A stretch of DNA of 64,000 nucleotides from Escherichia coli (GCF_044324785.1 NZ_CP172127.1), one strand, 5' to 3'. Positions 13,925 through 30,793 are shown, numbered from the stretch's first letter. The notes: generated by a model not told the origin, from the sequence alone. A program made the numbers and translations.

Positions 13925-15054
13925 AAACCTTCAGCGATCGCTGGCGACAACTGGACTGGGACGACATCCGCCTGCGTATCAACGGCAAAACGGCTGCTGA
14001 CGTAGAGCGGGCGCTAAATGCCTCGCAACTCACCCGCGACGATATGATGGCGCTGTTATCGCCAGCCGCCAGTGGCTATCTGGAACCACTGGCCCAACGG
14101 GCGCAGCGTCTGACCCGTCAGCGATTTGGCAACGTCGTCAGCTTCTACGTCCCGCTTTATCTTTCCAATCTTTGCGCTAACGACTGCACGTACTGCGGAT
14201 TTTCCATGAGCAATCGCATCAAGCGCAAAACGCTGGATGAAGCGGATATTGCCAGGGAAAGCGCCGCTATACGGGAGATGGGCTTTGAACATCTGCTATT
14301 AGTCACTGGTGAACATCAGGCGAAAGTGGGGATGGATTACTTTCGTCGTCATCTCCCTGCCCTGCGTGAACAGTTCTCTTCACTACAGCTGGAAGTGCAA
14401 CCGCTGGCGGAGGCGGAATACGCCGAGTTAAAGCAACTTGGTCTGGATGGCGTGATGGTTTATCAGGAGACATATCACGAGGCGACTTATGCCCGCCATC
14501 ATCTGAAAGGCAAAAAACAGGACTTCTTCTGGCGGCTGGAAACGCCGGATCGGCTGGGGCGTGCGGGGATTGATAAGATAGGCCTCGGCGCGCTAATTGG
14601 CCTTTCCGACAGCTGGCGCGTTGACTGCTATATGGTTGCCGAACATTTGCTATGGCTGCAACAGCATTACTGGCAAAGCCGCTACTCTGTCTCCTTCCCT
14701 CGTCTGCGTCCGTGTACTGGCGGCATTGAGCCGGCGTCGATTATGGATGAACGCCAGTTAGTGCAAACCATCTGCGCCTTCCGGCTGCTTGCACCGGAGA
14801 TTGAACTGTCACTCTCCACGCGGGAATCACCGTGGTTTCGCGATCGCGTTATTCCGCTGGCAATTAATAACGTCAGCGCTTTTTCGAAAACGCAGCCAGG
14901 GGGTTATGCCGACAATCACCCCGAGCTGGAACAGTTCTCACCACACGACGATCGCAGACCTGAAGCGGTTGCCGCCGCGTTAACCGCTCAGGGTTTGCAG
15001 CCGGTATGGAAAGACTGGGACAGCTATCTGGGACGCGCCTCGCAAAGGCCATGA
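13921..15054 (+). CDS. thiH: 2-iminoacetate synthase (radical SAM)
   Basis: 377 aa; CANDCTYC radical-SAM motif. Confidence 0.93.
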   Translation: MKTFSDRWRQLDWDDIRLRINGKTAADVERALNASQLTRDDMMALLSPAASGYLEPLAQRAQRLTRQRFGNVVSFYVPLYLSNLCANDCTYCGFSMSNRIKRKTLDEADIARESAAIREMGFEHLLLVTGEHQAKVGMDYFRRHLPALREQFSSLQLEVQPLAEAEYAELKQLGLDGVMVYQETYHEATYARHHLKGKKQDFFWRLETPDRLGRAGIDKIGLGALIGLSDSWRVDCYMVAEHLLWLQQHYWQSRYSVSFPRLRPCTGGIEPASIMDERQLVQTICAFRLLAPEIELSLSTRESPWFRDRVIPLAINNVSAFSKTQPGGYADNHPELEQFSPHDDRRPEAVAAALTAQGLQPVWKDWDSYLGRASQRP

Positions 15055-15244
15055 GACAGAATGTAAGAACGTAAATTTATTCCGAGCCGCTACGGAAGAT
15101 GAAAAACGCAAGGTTGTTGAAAGCGTTGTGTTTTTTTATGGTAGTGCCGTCAGCAGGAATGTTGTCCAGGGCGAAAAGCTTCTTCCTCGTTTCGCCCTGC
15201 CTTTCTTAATATTTCCCGTGAAGACTTTGCCCTCTGAATAACTC

Positions 15245-15278
15245 CCATAAAAAAACCCGCCGAAGCGGGTTTTTACGT
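15245..15278 (-). terminator. rpoC intrinsic terminator
   Basis: AAAAACCCGCTTCGGCGGGTTTTT hairpin with flanking T/A runs immediately downstream of rpoC stop. Confidence 0.8.
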
Positions 15279-15295
15279 TATTTGCGGATTAACGA

Positions 15296-18200
15296 TTACT
15301 CGTTATCAGAACCGCCCAGACCTGCGTTCAGCAGTTCTGCCAGGCTGGCAGATGCGTCTTCTGCAGTCACCTGCGGTGCAGCCGGAGCTTCACCCGCAGC
15401 ACGGCGACGCATACGATCCTGGTGATACGCGTAACCGGTACCAGCCGGGATCAGACGACCCACGATAACGTTCTCTTTCAGGCCGCGCAGTTCGTCGCGT
15501 TTGCCCGCAACGGCTGCTTCGGTCAGCACGCGAGTGGTCTCCTGGAACGATGCCGCGGAGATGAAGGACTCGGTTGCCAGAGACGCTTTGGTGATACCCA
15601 GCAGATCGCGGGAGTAAGTTGCCCCCACTTTGCCGTTCGCTTCCAGTTCGCGGTTTGCGATCTTGACGCGAGAGTATTCAACCTGTTCGCCTTCCAGGAA
15701 GTCGGAGCTGCCCGCGTTAACGATGGTAGCTTTACGCAGCATCTGACGAACGATAACTTCGATGTGTTTATCGTTAATCTTAACGCCCTGCAGACGGTAT
15801 ACGTCCTGTACTTCGTTAACGATGTAACGAGTAACAGCATGAACACCACGCAGACGCAGAATGTCGTGCGGCGCTTCCGGACCGTCGGAAATTACGTCAC
15901 CACGTTCTACACGTTCACCTTCGAACACGTTGAGCTGACGCCATTTCGGAATCATCTCTTCGTACGGATCGCTACCGTCTACCGGGGTGATAACCAGACG
16001 ACGTTTACCTTTGGTTTCTTTACCGAAGGAAACGATACCGCTGATTTCAGCCAGGATTGCCGGCTCTTTCGGACGACGTGCTTCGAACAGGTCCGCAACG
16101 CGCGGCAGACCACCGGTGATGTCCTTGGTACCGCCGGATTCCTGCGGAATACGCGCCAGGGTGTCACCAGAGCTGATCTGTACGCCATCTTCCAGCTGAA
16201 CAATCGCTTTACCTGGCAGGAAGTACTGCGCAGGCATATCGGTACCCGGGATCAGAACGTCGTTACCCTGAGCATCAACGATTTTCAGTGCCGGACGCAG
16301 ATCTTTACCACCTGCGGTACGTTCTGCGGAATCCAGAACCACCAGCGAAGACAGACCGGTCAGTTCGTCGGTCTGACGCGTAATGGTCTGGCCGTCGATC
16401 ATGTCAGTAAAGCGTACAAAACCGCTTACTTCGGTGATAACCGGCATGGTGTGCGGGTCCCAGTTTGCAACGGTTTCGCCGCCAGCAACCTGTTCGCCAT
16501 CGCCTTTCGCCAGTACCGCACCGTAAGGTACTTTGTAGCTTTCTTTGGTACGACCGAATTCGTCGATCAGTTTCAGTTCGGTGTTACGGGAAGTGATAAC
16601 CAGTTTACCGCTGGAGTTCACAACCGACTTCACGTTGCTGAGCTTGATGCTACCTTTGTTTTTCACCTGGATGCTGGATTCAGCAGCCGCACGAGATGCC
16701 GCACCACCGATGTGGAACGTACGCATGGTCAGCTGTGTACCCGGTTCACCGATGGACTGTGCCGCGATAACACCGATTGCTTCACCTTTGTTGATGATGT
16801 GGCCACGCGCCAGGTCACGACCGTAGCAGTGCGCACATACACCAAAGTCGGTGTCACAAGATACAACAGAACGTACTTTAACCGCGTCGACAGAGTTCTC
16901 TTCCAGCAGGTCACACCACTGTTCGTGCAGCAGCGTGTTGCGCGGAACGAGGATATCAGCAGTACCCGGCTTCAGAACGTCTTCAGCAGTTACACGACCC
17001 AGTACGCGATCGCGCAGCGGCTCTTTAACGTCACCACCTTCGATAACCGGAGTCATCATGATACCTTCATGAGTACCACAATCGTCTTCGGTAACCACCA
17101 GGTCCTGCGCCACGTCAACCAGACGACGAGTCAGGTAACCGGAGTTCGCAGTTTTCAGTGCGGTATCCGCCAGACCTTTACGCGCACCGTGGGTGGAGAT
17201 GAAGTACTGGAGTACGTTCAGACCTTCACGGAAGTTCGCGGTGATTGGCGTTTCGATGATGGAGCCATCCGGCTTCGCCATCAGACCACGCATACCAGCA
17301 AGCTGACGAATCTGTGCCGCAGAACCACGCGCACCGGAGTCGGCCATCATGTAGATGCTGTTGAAGGAAACCTGCTTCTCTTCCTGACCGTCACGGTTAA
17401 TCACGGTTTCAGTTTGCAGGTTATCCATCATCGCTTTGGATACACGATCGTTCGCCGCAGCCCAGATATCGATAACTTTGTTGTAGCGTTCGCCCGCAGT
17501 TACCAGACCAGACTGGAACTGCTCCTGAATTTCAGCAACTTCTGCTTCTGCCTCGGAGATGATTTCGTGTTTCTTCTCCGGGATGACCATGTCATCGATA
17601 CCAACAGATGCACCAGAACGCGCTGCATAGGCAAAGCCGGTATACATGATCTGGTCCGCAAAAATAACAGTCGGTTTCAGACCGAGAATGCGGTAGCAGG
17701 TGTTCAGCATTTTGGAGATTGCTTTTTTACCCAGCGCCTGGTTGACGATGGAGTAAGGCAGACCTTTCGGTACAATCATCCACAGAATGGCACGGCCAAC
17801 AGTCGTGTCTTTCAGGCTGGTTTTCGCTACTAATTCACCGTTAGCATCTTTTTCATACTCGGTGATACGCACTTTAACGCGCGCATGCAGAGAAGCCAGA
17901 CCAGAGCGATACAGACGTTCTGCTTCTTTCGGGCCAGTCAGCACCATGCCTTCGCCTTTGGCGTTAACACAGTCACGGGTCATGTAGTACAGACCCAGTA
18001 CAACGTCCTGAGACGGAACGATGATTGGTTCGCCGTTCGCCGGGGACAGGATGTTGTTGGTAGACATCATCAGCGCACGCGCTTCCAGCTGGGCTTCCAG
18101 CGTCAGCGGTACGTGAACTGCCATCTGGTCACCATCGAAGTCGGCGTTATATGCCGCACAAACCAGCGGGTGCAGCTGGATAGCTTTACCTTCGATCAGT

Positions 18201-19519
18201 ACCGGTTCAAATGCCTGGATACCCAGACGGTGCAGAGTCGGTGCACGGTTCAGCAGTACCGGGTGTTCGCGGATAACTTCGTCCAGGATATCCCAAACGA
18301 CAGCTTCTTCGCGCTCAACCATTTTCTTCGCAGCTTTAATGGTGGTAGCAAGACCACGCAGTTCCAGCTTGCCGTAGATGAACGGTTTGAACAGCTCCAG
18401 CGCCATTTTCTTCGGCAGACCGCACTGATGCAGACGCAGGTATGGACCTACGGTGATTACAGAACGACCGGAGTAGTCAACACGCTTACCGAGCAGGTTC
18501 TGACGGAAACGACCCTGTTTACCTTTGATCATGTCGGCCAAAGATTTCAGAGGACGCTTGTTAGAACCGGTGATCGCACGACCGCGACGACCGTTATCCA
18601 GCAGGGCGTCTACCGCTTCCTGCAGCATACGTTTTTCGTTACGTACGATGATGTCCGGCGCAGCCAGATCCAGCAGACGTTTCAGACGGTTGTTACGGTT
18701 AATGACGCGACGATACAGATCGTTCAGGTCAGAAGTCGCGAAACGACCACCATCCAGCGGAACCAGCGGACGCAGATCTGGCGGCAGTACCGGCAGAACG
18801 GTCAGGATCATCCACTCTGGTTTGTTACCAGACTGAACGAACGCTTCCAGCAGTTTGATACGCTTGGTCAGCTTTTTACGCTTGGTTTCGGAGTTGGTTT
18901 CGTTCAGCTCTTCACGCAGCTGTTCGCACTCTTGCTCCAGATCCATGCTCTTCAGCAGGGCCTGAATTGCTTCCGCACCCATTTTCGCGTCGAATTCGTC
19001 ACCGAACTCTTCCAGCGCGTCCAGATACTGCTCTTCAGTCAGGATCTGCTGGCGTTCCAGGTTGGTCATACCGCCTTCAATAACCACATAGGATTCGAAG
19101 TACAGTACGCGTTCGATATCGCGCAGCGGCATATCGAGCAGCAGGCCGATACGGGACGGCAGCGATTTCAGGAACCAGATGTGCGCAGTCGGGGAAGCCA
19201 GTTCGATGTGGCCCATACGCTCACGGCGTACTTTAGTCTGGGTCACTTCAACGCCGCACTTCTCACAGATGACGCCACGGTGTTTCAGGCGCTTGTACTT
19301 ACCGCACAGGCACTCGTAATCTTTTACCGGCCCAAAGATACGGGCGCAGAAAAGGCCGTCACGTTCTGGTTTGAACGTACGGTAGTTGATGGTTTCCGGC
19401 TTTTTAACTTCACCGAAAGACCATGAACGGATCATGTCTGGCGAAGCCAGAGCAATTTTGATCGCATCAAACTCTTCGGTTTTAGTCTGCGCTTTCAGAA
19501 ACTTTAATAAATCTTTCAC
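15296..19519 (-). CDS. rpoC: RNA polymerase subunit beta'
   Basis: 1407 aa [80 protein letters not shown]... Confidence 0.99.
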
Positions 19520-19595
19520 GGATTTGCTCCCGTCGGAGTTAGCACAATCCGCTGCCGGGTTTTACCCCGACAGCAGTGACCTGTTTGAGCGAGAA

Positions 19596-22500
19596 TTACT
19601 CGTCTTCCAGTTCGATGTTGATACCCAGCGAACGAATCTCTTTCAACAATACGTTGAAGGATTCTGGCATGCCCGGCTCCATCTGATGGTTGCCGTCCAC
19701 GATGTTCTTATACATCTTGGTACGACCGTTCACGTCATCAGACTTAACGGTGAGCATTTCCTGCAGGGTGTATGCTGCGCCGTATGCTTCCAGCGCCCAC
19801 ACTTCCATCTCCCCGAAACGCTGACCACCGAACTGTGCCTTACCACCCAGCGGCTGCTGAGTAACCAGGCTGTAAGAACCGGTGGAACGCGCGTGCATCT
19901 TGTCGTCGACCAGGTGGTTCAGTTTCAGCATGTACATGTAACCAACGGTTACCGGACGTTCGAACTGTTCACCAGTGCGACCGTCGTACAGGCGGATCTG
20001 ACCAGAAGTCGGCAGGTCGCCAAGTTTCAGCAGCTCTTTAATTTCTGCTTCTTTCGCACCGTCGAACACCGGCGTTGCGATTGGCATACCTTTGCGCAGG
20101 TTTTCAGCCAGACGCATAACTTCTTCATCGCTGAAGGTACTCAGGTCAACTTTCTGACGAACGTCAGCGCCCAGATCGTACGCACGCTGGATGAATTCGC
20201 GCAGTTTCGCGACTTCTTGCTGCTGTTTCAGCATGGCGTTGATCTTGTCGCCGATACCTTTCGCAGCCATACCCAGGTGGGTTTCGAGGATCTGACCGAT
20301 GTTCATACGAGACGGTACGCCCAGCGGGTTCAGTACGATGTCTACCGGCGTACCGTTTTCATCGTAAGGCATATCTTCGATCGGGTTGATCTTAGAAATT
20401 ACACCCTTGTTACCGTGACGACCTGCCATCTTGTCACCAGGCTGGATACGGCGTTTAACCGCCAGATATACCTTAACAATCTTCAGCACGCCCGGTGCCA
20501 GATCGTCGCCCTGGGTGATTTTGCGGCGTTTCGCTTCGAGTTTCTTCTCAAACTCGTGTTTCAGTTCGTCATACTGCTCAGCCAGCTGTTCCAGCTGATT
20601 TTGTTTCTCTTCGTCGGTCAGGCCCAGCTCCAGCCAGCGATCGCGCGGCAGTTTGTCGAGCTTCTCAGCTTCAACGCCACCGGCTACCAGCACAGCACGG
20701 ATACGGCTGAACAGACCCGCTTCGAGGATCTGCAGTTCTTCAGACAGGTCTTTCTTCGCCTGTTTGAGCTGCATTTCTTCGATTTCCAGCGCACGTTTGT
20801 CTTTTTCTACGCCATCGCGAGTAAAGACCTGAACGTCGATAACCGTACCGGATACACCGTTTGGTACGCGCAGAGAAGAGTCTTTAACGTCAGACGCTTT
20901 CTCACCGAAGATCGCACGCAGCAGTTTTTCTTCTGGGGTCAGCTGGGTTTCACCTTTCGGCGTTACCTTACCAACCAGAATGTCGCCACCGGTTACTTCC
21001 GCACCAATGTAAACGATACCGGATTCATCCAGTTTGGAGAGCGCAGCTTCACCCACGTTCGGGATGTCAGCGGTGATCTCTTCTGGCCCCAGCTTGGTGT
21101 CACGGGACACACACGCCAGTTCCTGAATGTGGATGGTGGTGAAACGGTCTTCCTGAACAACACGCTCGGATACGAGGATGGAGTCTTCGAAGTTGTAACC
21201 ATTCCACGGCATGAACGCTACGCGCATGTTCTGACCCAGCGCCAGTTCACCGAGGTCGGTGGACGGACCGTCTGCCAGCACGTCGCCACGTTCAACCGGT
21301 TCACCCAGAGACACACACGGCATCTGGTTAATACAGGTGTTCTGGTTAGAACGGGTGTATTTGGTCAGGTTGTAGATGTCGATACCTGCTTCACCCGGAT
21401 ACATCTCGTCTTCGTTAACTTTGATAACGATACGGGAAGCATCCACGTACTGAACGACACCACCACGTTTAGCAACCGCAGTTACACCGGAGTCAACGGC
21501 AACAGCACGTTCCATACCAGTACCAACCAGCGGCTTATCAGCACGCAGAGTCGGAACGGCCTGACGTTGCATGTTCGCACCCATCAATGCACGGTTGGCG
21601 TCATCGTGTTCCAGGAACGGGATCAGGGACGCACCGACGGATACCACCTGCTGGGTGGATACGTCCATGTAGTCAACCTGGTCACGGCTGAACAAGCTGG
21701 ATTCGCCTTTGCTACGGCAAGTTACCAGGTCTTCTACGAAGTGGCCTTCTTCATCCAGGTTGGAGTTCGCCTGGGCGATAACGTAGTTGCCTTCTTCGAT
21801 AGCAGACAGGTAGTGAATTTCGTCAGTTACAACACCGTCGGTCACTTTACGATACGGAGTCTCAAGGAAGCCGTATTCGTTAGTCTGCGCGTATACAGAC
21901 AGGGAGTTGATCAGACCGATGTTCGGACCTTCAGGGGTTTCGATTGGACATACGCGACCGTAGTGAGTCGGGTGTACGTCTCGAACTTCGAAGCCTGCAC
22001 GTTCACGGGTCAGACCACCTGGGCCGAGTGCGGAGATACGACGTTTGTGCGTAATCTCAGACAGCGGGTTGTTCTGGTCCATAAACTGAGACAGCTGGCT
22101 GGAACCGAAGAACTCTTTCACTGCTGCAGAAATCGGCTTGGCGTTGATCATATCCTGAGGCATCAGGGTATCCAGATCGCCCAGAGACAGACGCTCTTTC
22201 ACCGCACGCTCTACACGTACCAGGCCAACGCGGAACTGGTTTTCCGCCATTTCGCCAACGGAACGGATACGACGGTTGCCGAGGTGGTCGATATCATCGA
22301 CTTCGCCTTTACCGTTACGGATATCAATGAGCTTTTTCATAACATCAATGATGTCGTCTTTGCTCAGGATACCGGAACCTTCGATTTCTTCGCGCAGCAG
22401 AGAACGGTTGAACTTCATACGACCAACCGCAGACAAGTCATAACGGTCTTCGGAGAAGAACAGGTTCTCGAACAGGCTTTCAGCTGCTTCACGAGTCGGC

Positions 22501-23624
22501 GGCTCGCCAGGGCGCATCATGCGGTAGATTTCTACCAGTGCGCTCAGACGGTCGTTAGTTGGGTCGACACGTAAGGTTTCAGAGATATATGGGCCGTGAT
22601 CCAGGTCGTTGGTGAACAGCGTTTCGATACGCTTGTGACCAGACTGGCTCAGCTTAGCCAGCAGATCCAGACTCAGCTCCATGTTCGCTGCGCAGATCAG
22701 CTCGCCGGTAGACTCATCAATATAGTCTTTAGCAACCACTTTACCTGCGATGTACTCAACCGGGACTTCGATCAGTTTGACGTCGTCTTTTTCCAGCTGG
22801 CGAATATGGCGCGCAGTAATACGGCGGCCTTTTTCTACGTACACTTTACCGTTAGCTTCGATGTCAAAAGATGCGGTTTCACCACGCAGGCGTTCCGGCA
22901 CCAGTTCCATCTGCAGCTTGTTATCACGGATTTCAAAGATAACTTTTTCAAAGAACAGGTCGAGGATCTGTTCAGTAGTGTAGTTCAGGGCGCGCAGAAT
23001 GATGGTCGCAGGCAGTTTACGGCGACGGTCGATACGTACGAACAGGTTGTCCTTCGGATCGAATTCGAAGTCCAGCCAGGAACCACGGTAAGGGATGATG
23101 CGCGCGTTATACAGCACTTTACCCGAAGAGTGGGTTTTACCTTTGTCGGAGTCAAAGAAGACGCCCGGACTACGGTGCAGCTGGGAAACGATAACGCGCT
23201 CAGTACCGTTGATAACAAAGGTACCGTTGTCAGTCATGAGCGGAATTTCGCCCATGTAGACTTCTTGTTCTTTAATGTCTTTTACGGTGCCTTCCGGCGC
23301 TTCGCGCTCATAGATCACCAGACGCAGTTTAACGCGCAGCGGTGCGGAATAGGTCACGCCACGGATTTGACATTCCTGGACGTCAAACACCGGTTCGCCA
23401 AGGCGGTAGCTGACGTATTGCAGCTCGGAATTACCGCTGTAGCTCTGAATCGGGAATACGGAACGGAAAGCAGCTTCCAGACCATACTGCCCTTCAGGAT
23501 CTTGCTCGATAAATTTCTGAAACGAGTCAAGCTGGATAGAAAGGAGATAAGGTACATCCAGAACTTGTGGACGTTTACCAAAATCCTTACGAATACGTTT
23601 TTTCTCGGTATAGGAGTAAACCAT
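19596..23624 (-). CDS. rpoB: RNA polymerase subunit beta
   Basis: 1342 aa from [24 protein letters not shown] (internal Met of ORF ending 23657). Confidence 0.99.
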
Positions 23625-23871
23625 AGGGTTCCTCAGCTCGCTGACAAGTCGACCCATCTGTCCATTGAGCGGACAGTTTGTGCAACACTATTTTGTTGAC
23701 CGGAAAATGGAACACTTTCCGCAATGCCTGTTGCTATCACGCTTAAACCATTTCATTGCGATTTACACAGAACGGGCGTCCTGTCGCAGTATATTAAGTC
23801 GTCGATAGAAACAAGCATTGAAAGGCACAGCAGTAGTCAAACAGTGTGAAACGCTACTGGCGCCTTACAGC

Positions 23872-23905
23872 GCAAAAAGGCTGGTGACTAAAAAGTCACC
23901 AGCCA
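23872..23905 (-). terminator. rplL-rpoB intergenic attenuator hairpin
   Basis: Minus-strand GGCTGGTGACT-ttt-AGTCACCAGCC followed by TTTTT between rplL stop and rpoB start. Confidence 0.7.
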
Positions 23906-23943
23906 TCAGCCTGATTTCTCAGGCTGCAACCGGAAGGTTTGGC

Positions 23944-24309
<366 letters not shown>

Positions 24310-24375
24310 TTAAATTGTTCCTGAATATCAGAATAAGTTTATACGTAAGCGAATGCGTTAAAAAGATAACTGCGA

Positions 24376-24873
24376 TTAAGCAGCTTCTTTCGCATCGCGT
24401 ACAGCAGCCAGAGTACGAACCAGTTTGCCAGCCGAAGCTTCTTTCATGGTTGCCATCAGGCGTGCAATTGCTTCTTCGTAGGTCGGCAGAGTTGCCAGGC
24501 GGTCGATCTGAGACGCCGGGATCAGCTCACCTTCAAAGGCAGCGGCTTTGACCTCAAATTTTGCATTCGCTTTCGCGAACTCTTTGAACAGACGAGCAGC
24601 AGCGCCCGGGTGTTCCATAGAGTATGCAATCAGGGTCGGACCAACAAACGCGTCTTTCAGGCACTCGAACGGAGTACCTTCAACAGCACGGCGCAGCAGG
24701 GTGTTACGAACAACACGCATGTATACGCCAGCTTCGCGACCTGCTTTACGCAGTTCAGTCATTTTATCTACAGTTACGCCACGGGAATCCGCAACTACTG
24801 CAGACAGCGCGCCTTTGGCTACTTCGCTGACTTCAGCAACAATCGCTTGTTTGTCTTGAAGATTTAAAGCCAT
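24376..24873 (-). CDS. rplJ: 50S ribosomal protein L10
   Basis: 165 aa [63 protein letters not shown]... Confidence 0.99.
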
Positions 24874-25285
24874 TAGCTTTGCTCCTGGATGTTTGCCAGA
24901 GAAAATCTCTGGAACTCACTTCACTCCTCCAAACGGAGAGAGCGTCTTAATTACGGTGAGCAGAAACAAGCCAGAATATAAAAGAATAATCTTAGCGTTC
25001 TGTCACCGTCTACGCAGGGGATTAAGTTTCTTGCGAAACTCCTGCGGTCTTCGACGGAGGCCTGGATAGGCCAGGCTCCAACGAACAAATCTTTTCTATC
25101 CGTCGCTATTCAGCTTGTGGCGGCGTTGGCTTCCTTCGTTCGCACCAGTCACATAGTTAGCTATGCTCCTGGCGACTCACTCAGTTGCCGCCTTGCCACA
25201 ACCCGAATATCTCGGATATACGTCTGCATTAAGCATTATACGTGGGGGTAAGATTGTAGACAAAATCACCGCCCACGTAAAGGCA
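24874..25285 (-). promoter_or_regulatory. rplJ leader (L10 promoter and L10-L12 autoregulatory mRNA region)
   Basis: About 400 nt untranslated region between rplA stop and rplJ start, as in the rplKAJL-rpoBC cluster. Confidence 0.6.
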
Positions 25286-26485
<1,200 letters not shown>

Positions 26486-26500
26486 TTACGGGCAAGGCCC

Positions 26501-26543
26501 ATAAAAACAAAAGGCGCGAAATTGTATTCCAATCTCGCGCCTT
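26501..26543 (-). terminator. probable nusG terminator
   Basis: Minus-strand AAGGCGCGAGATTGGAATACAATTTCGCGCCTT hairpin followed by TTTGTTTTT. Confidence 0.6.
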
Positions 26544-26580
26544 GTGCAACGATTAAATCGCCGCTTTTTTGATCGCTGGG

Positions 26581-27126
26581 TTAGGCTTTTTCAACCTGGC
26601 TGAAGTCCAGCTCTACCGGGGTCGCACGACCGAAGATAGAAACAGACACTTTCAGACGAGACTTCTCGTAATCCACCTCTTCAACGACACCGTTGAAGTC
26701 AGCGAACGGACCATCATTAACACGGACCATTTCACCCGGTTCAAACAGCGTTTTCGGACGCGGCTTATCACCAACCTGCTGCAGGCGGTTCATAATCGCA
26801 TCGACTTCTTTATCGCTGATTGGCGCAGGACGATCGGAAGTACCGCCGATGAAGCCCATCACACGCGGTACGCTGCGCACCAGGTGCCAGCTCGCGTCGT
26901 TCATCACCATCTGAACGAGGACGTAGCCAGGGAAGAATTTGCGTTCGCTTTTGCGACGCTGACCGCCACGGATTTCAACCACTTCTTCGGTTGGTACCAT
27001 GACTTCACCAAACAAATCTTCCATGTTGTGTAATTTGATATGCTCACGCAGCGACGTTGCTACGCGGCCTTCAAAACCGGAAAACGCCTGAACGACGTAC
27101 CAGCGCTTTTTAGGAGCTTCAGACAT
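26581..27126 (-). CDS. nusG: transcription termination/antitermination factor NusG
   Basis: 181 aa [73 protein letters not shown]... Confidence 0.98.
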
Positions 27127-27127
27127 C

Positions 27128-27511
27128 TCAGAACCTCAGGCCAGTGATAAAGGATACCAGGCGAACCAGAATACCATCCAGTCCCCACAGGATCAGTGAC
27201 ATTACTGCGGTAACCGCAGCCACAATCAGCGTGGTGTGCAATGTTTCCTGGCGAGTCGGCCAAATGACCTTACGGACTTCGGTACGCGCTTCACGGGCAA
27301 AAGCAACGGTAGCTTTACCTTTTGTCGTTAACAGCGCGACACCACCCGCTGCAGCAATCAGAATTACTACGGCCAGCGCACGCAGCGGCAGCATAATGTC
27401 GCGATAAAGGTAGTTGCCGACAATCGCCACCAGGAGCAATGCCACCACAACGACCCACTTCATCGCTTCCAGGCCGCGCCCGCTTCCTTGAGCTTCGGTA
27501 TTCGCACTCAT
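27128..27511 (-). CDS. secE: preprotein translocase subunit SecE
   Basis: 127 aa; three TM segments; immediately upstream of nusG. Confidence 0.96.
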
Positions 27512-27740
27512 AAACCAACCTGTCAGAAGTATTCTACAAACATTTTCACCCCGCGATCGCGAGGCAAACCAAATCGAAACGCGTATTAGCTTTTCGGATT
27601 ATACGCCCTCAACAGAGCCTGTCTCAGCAATGATTATGACAAAGAAAATCACTGATGAGCCAGGTTCTGGTACGAAAGCGTGCAAAAAGGGCATCAAATG
27701 ATGCCCTTTTAGTGCGCATTGCGTCAAATGTTATCGGCAA

Positions 27741-28961
<1,221 letters not shown>

Positions 28962-29039
28962 TCACCACATCAACCAGGCAACATGCCCGACTTGTTGAAT
29001 GCAATAAACAGAAGGAAAAAACAGGGAGGAGAAAAGAAG

Positions 29040-29115
29040 TGGTGCTGATAGGCAGATTCGAACTGCCGACCTCACCCTTACCAAGGGTGCGCTCTACCAA
29101 CTGAGCTATATCAGC
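29040..29115 (-). tRNA. thrT: tRNA-Thr (GGU)
   Basis: Minus strand reads GCTGATATAGCTCAGTTGGTAGAGCGCACCCTTGGTAAGGGTGAGGTCGGCAGTTCGAATCTGCCTATCAGCACCA. Confidence 0.95.
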
Positions 29116-29121
29116 ACATCT

Positions 29122-29196
<75 letters not shown>

Positions 29197-29312
29197 ATCC
29201 TGGAACTCGGCTACCTGATTTTCATTCTGCACTGAATATCGAGAGAAGCTCTCTTTATTCGAGCCGGTAAGCGAACTTATCGTCTCGGGCTACGCCATCG
29301 CGTGGCCGAAAT

Positions 29313-29397
<85 letters not shown>

Positions 29398-29405
29398 GGA
29401 CTTGA

Positions 29406-29481
<76 letters not shown>

Positions 29482-29842
29482 ATCAAGTAGCGCGCATTCT
29501 ATGGAGACATGCGAGTTCATGCAACTAAAAAATTGCATAATTTGTTTTATTGGTCACATTTTATGCGACACGATGAAGAAACAGCCGAACGGAAGGCAGA
29601 TTAGCACACTTTTTCAACATCATTGTGCTCAACAATGCGCTCCTGCTAAACCATAATTCTTTTTATCAGATGGAATATCTGTCACATTGCTTTTCAACGA
29701 TAGCTTCCTGGGAGAGATTTTTTCTTATTATTCCTCCCCATCTGGTGTTACCCTCCTGCCCATTAACCCATTCAACAGAACTGTGACGCGCCATGGCAAA
29801 TATCGCTTTGCCGATAGAGCTATGACCGCCAGAAACATGCTT

Positions 29843-30793
29843 ATGAGTATAAAAGAGCAAACGTTAATGACGCCTTACCTACAGTTTGACCGCAACCAGT
29901 GGGCAGCTCTGCGTGATTCCGTACCTATGACGTTATCGGAAGATGAGATCGCCCGTCTCAAAGGTATTAATGAAGATCTCTCGTTAGAAGAAGTTGCCGA
30001 GATCTATTTACCTCTGTCACGTTTGCTGAACTTCTATATAAGCTCGAATCTGCGCCGTCAGGCAGTTCTGGAACAGTTTCTTGGTACCAACGGGCAACGC
30101 ATTCCTTACATTATCAGTATTGCTGGTAGTGTCGCGGTGGGGAAAAGTACAACCGCCCGTGTATTGCAGGCGCTATTAAGCCGTTGGCCGGAACATCGTC
30201 GTGTTGAACTGATCACTACAGATGGCTTCCTTCACCCTAATCAGGTTCTGAAAGAACGAGGTCTGATGAAGAAGAAAGGCTTCCCGGAATCGTATGATAT
30301 GCATCGCCTGGTGAAGTTTGTTTCCGATCTCAAATCCGGCGTGCCAAACGTTACAGCCCCTGTTTACTCGCATCTTATTTATGATGTGATCCCGGATGGA
30401 GATAAAACGGTTGTTCAGCCTGATATTTTAATTCTTGAAGGGTTAAATGTCTTACAGAGCGGGATGGATTATCCACACGATCCACATCATGTATTTGTTT
30501 CTGATTTTGTAGATTTTTCGATATATGTTGATGCACCGGAAGACTTACTTCAGACGTGGTATATCAACCGTTTCCTGAAATTCCGCGAAGGGGCTTTTAC
30601 AGACCCGGATTCCTATTTTCATAACTACGCGAAATTAACTAAAGAAGAAGCGATTAATACAGCCATGACGTTGTGGAAAGAGATCAACTGGCTGAACTTA
30701 AAGCAAAATATTCTACCTACTCGCGAGCGCGCCAGTTTAATCCTGACGAAAAGTGCTAATCATGCGGTAGAAGAGGTCAGACTACGCAAATAA
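29843..30793 (+). CDS. coaA: pantothenate kinase (type I)
   Basis: 316 aa from [20 protein letters not shown] (internal Met of ORF 29687..30793); P-loop GSVAVGKST. Confidence 0.95.
   Translation: MSIKEQTLMTPYLQFDRNQWAALRDSVPMTLSEDEIARLKGINEDLSLEEVAEIYLPLSRLLNFYISSNLRRQAVLEQFLGTNGQRIPYIISIAGSVAVGKSTTARVLQALLSRWPEHRRVELITTDGFLHPNQVLKERGLMKKKGFPESYDMHRLVKFVSDLKSGVPNVTAPVYSHLIYDVIPDGDKTVVQPDILILEGLNVLQSGMDYPHDPHHVFVSDFVDFSIYVDAPEDLLQTWYINRFLKFREGAFTDPDSYFHNYAKLTKEEAINTAMTLWKEINWLNLKQNILPTRERASLILTKSANHAVEEVRLRK

Noticed and set aside
15422-23699. Very long ORFs antisense to rpoC and rpoB (803 aa at 15422..17833, 513 aa at 17885..19426, 1062 aa at 19386..22574, 367 aa at 22596..23699)
   Set aside because: They lie entirely opposite the universally conserved rpoB/rpoC coding sequences; their translations are low-complexity and rich in R/F/V/T, as expected from the reverse complement of strongly codon-biased genes. 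No start/RBS context or family resemblance.
29687-29842. Upstream extension of coaA ORF; likewise 12896..13153 (thiG), 12138..12230 (thiF), 12925..12951 (thiS)
   Set aside because: Extensions overlap upstream genes or promoters and lack homology; the internal Met starts give canonical protein lengths and operon-typical overlaps.
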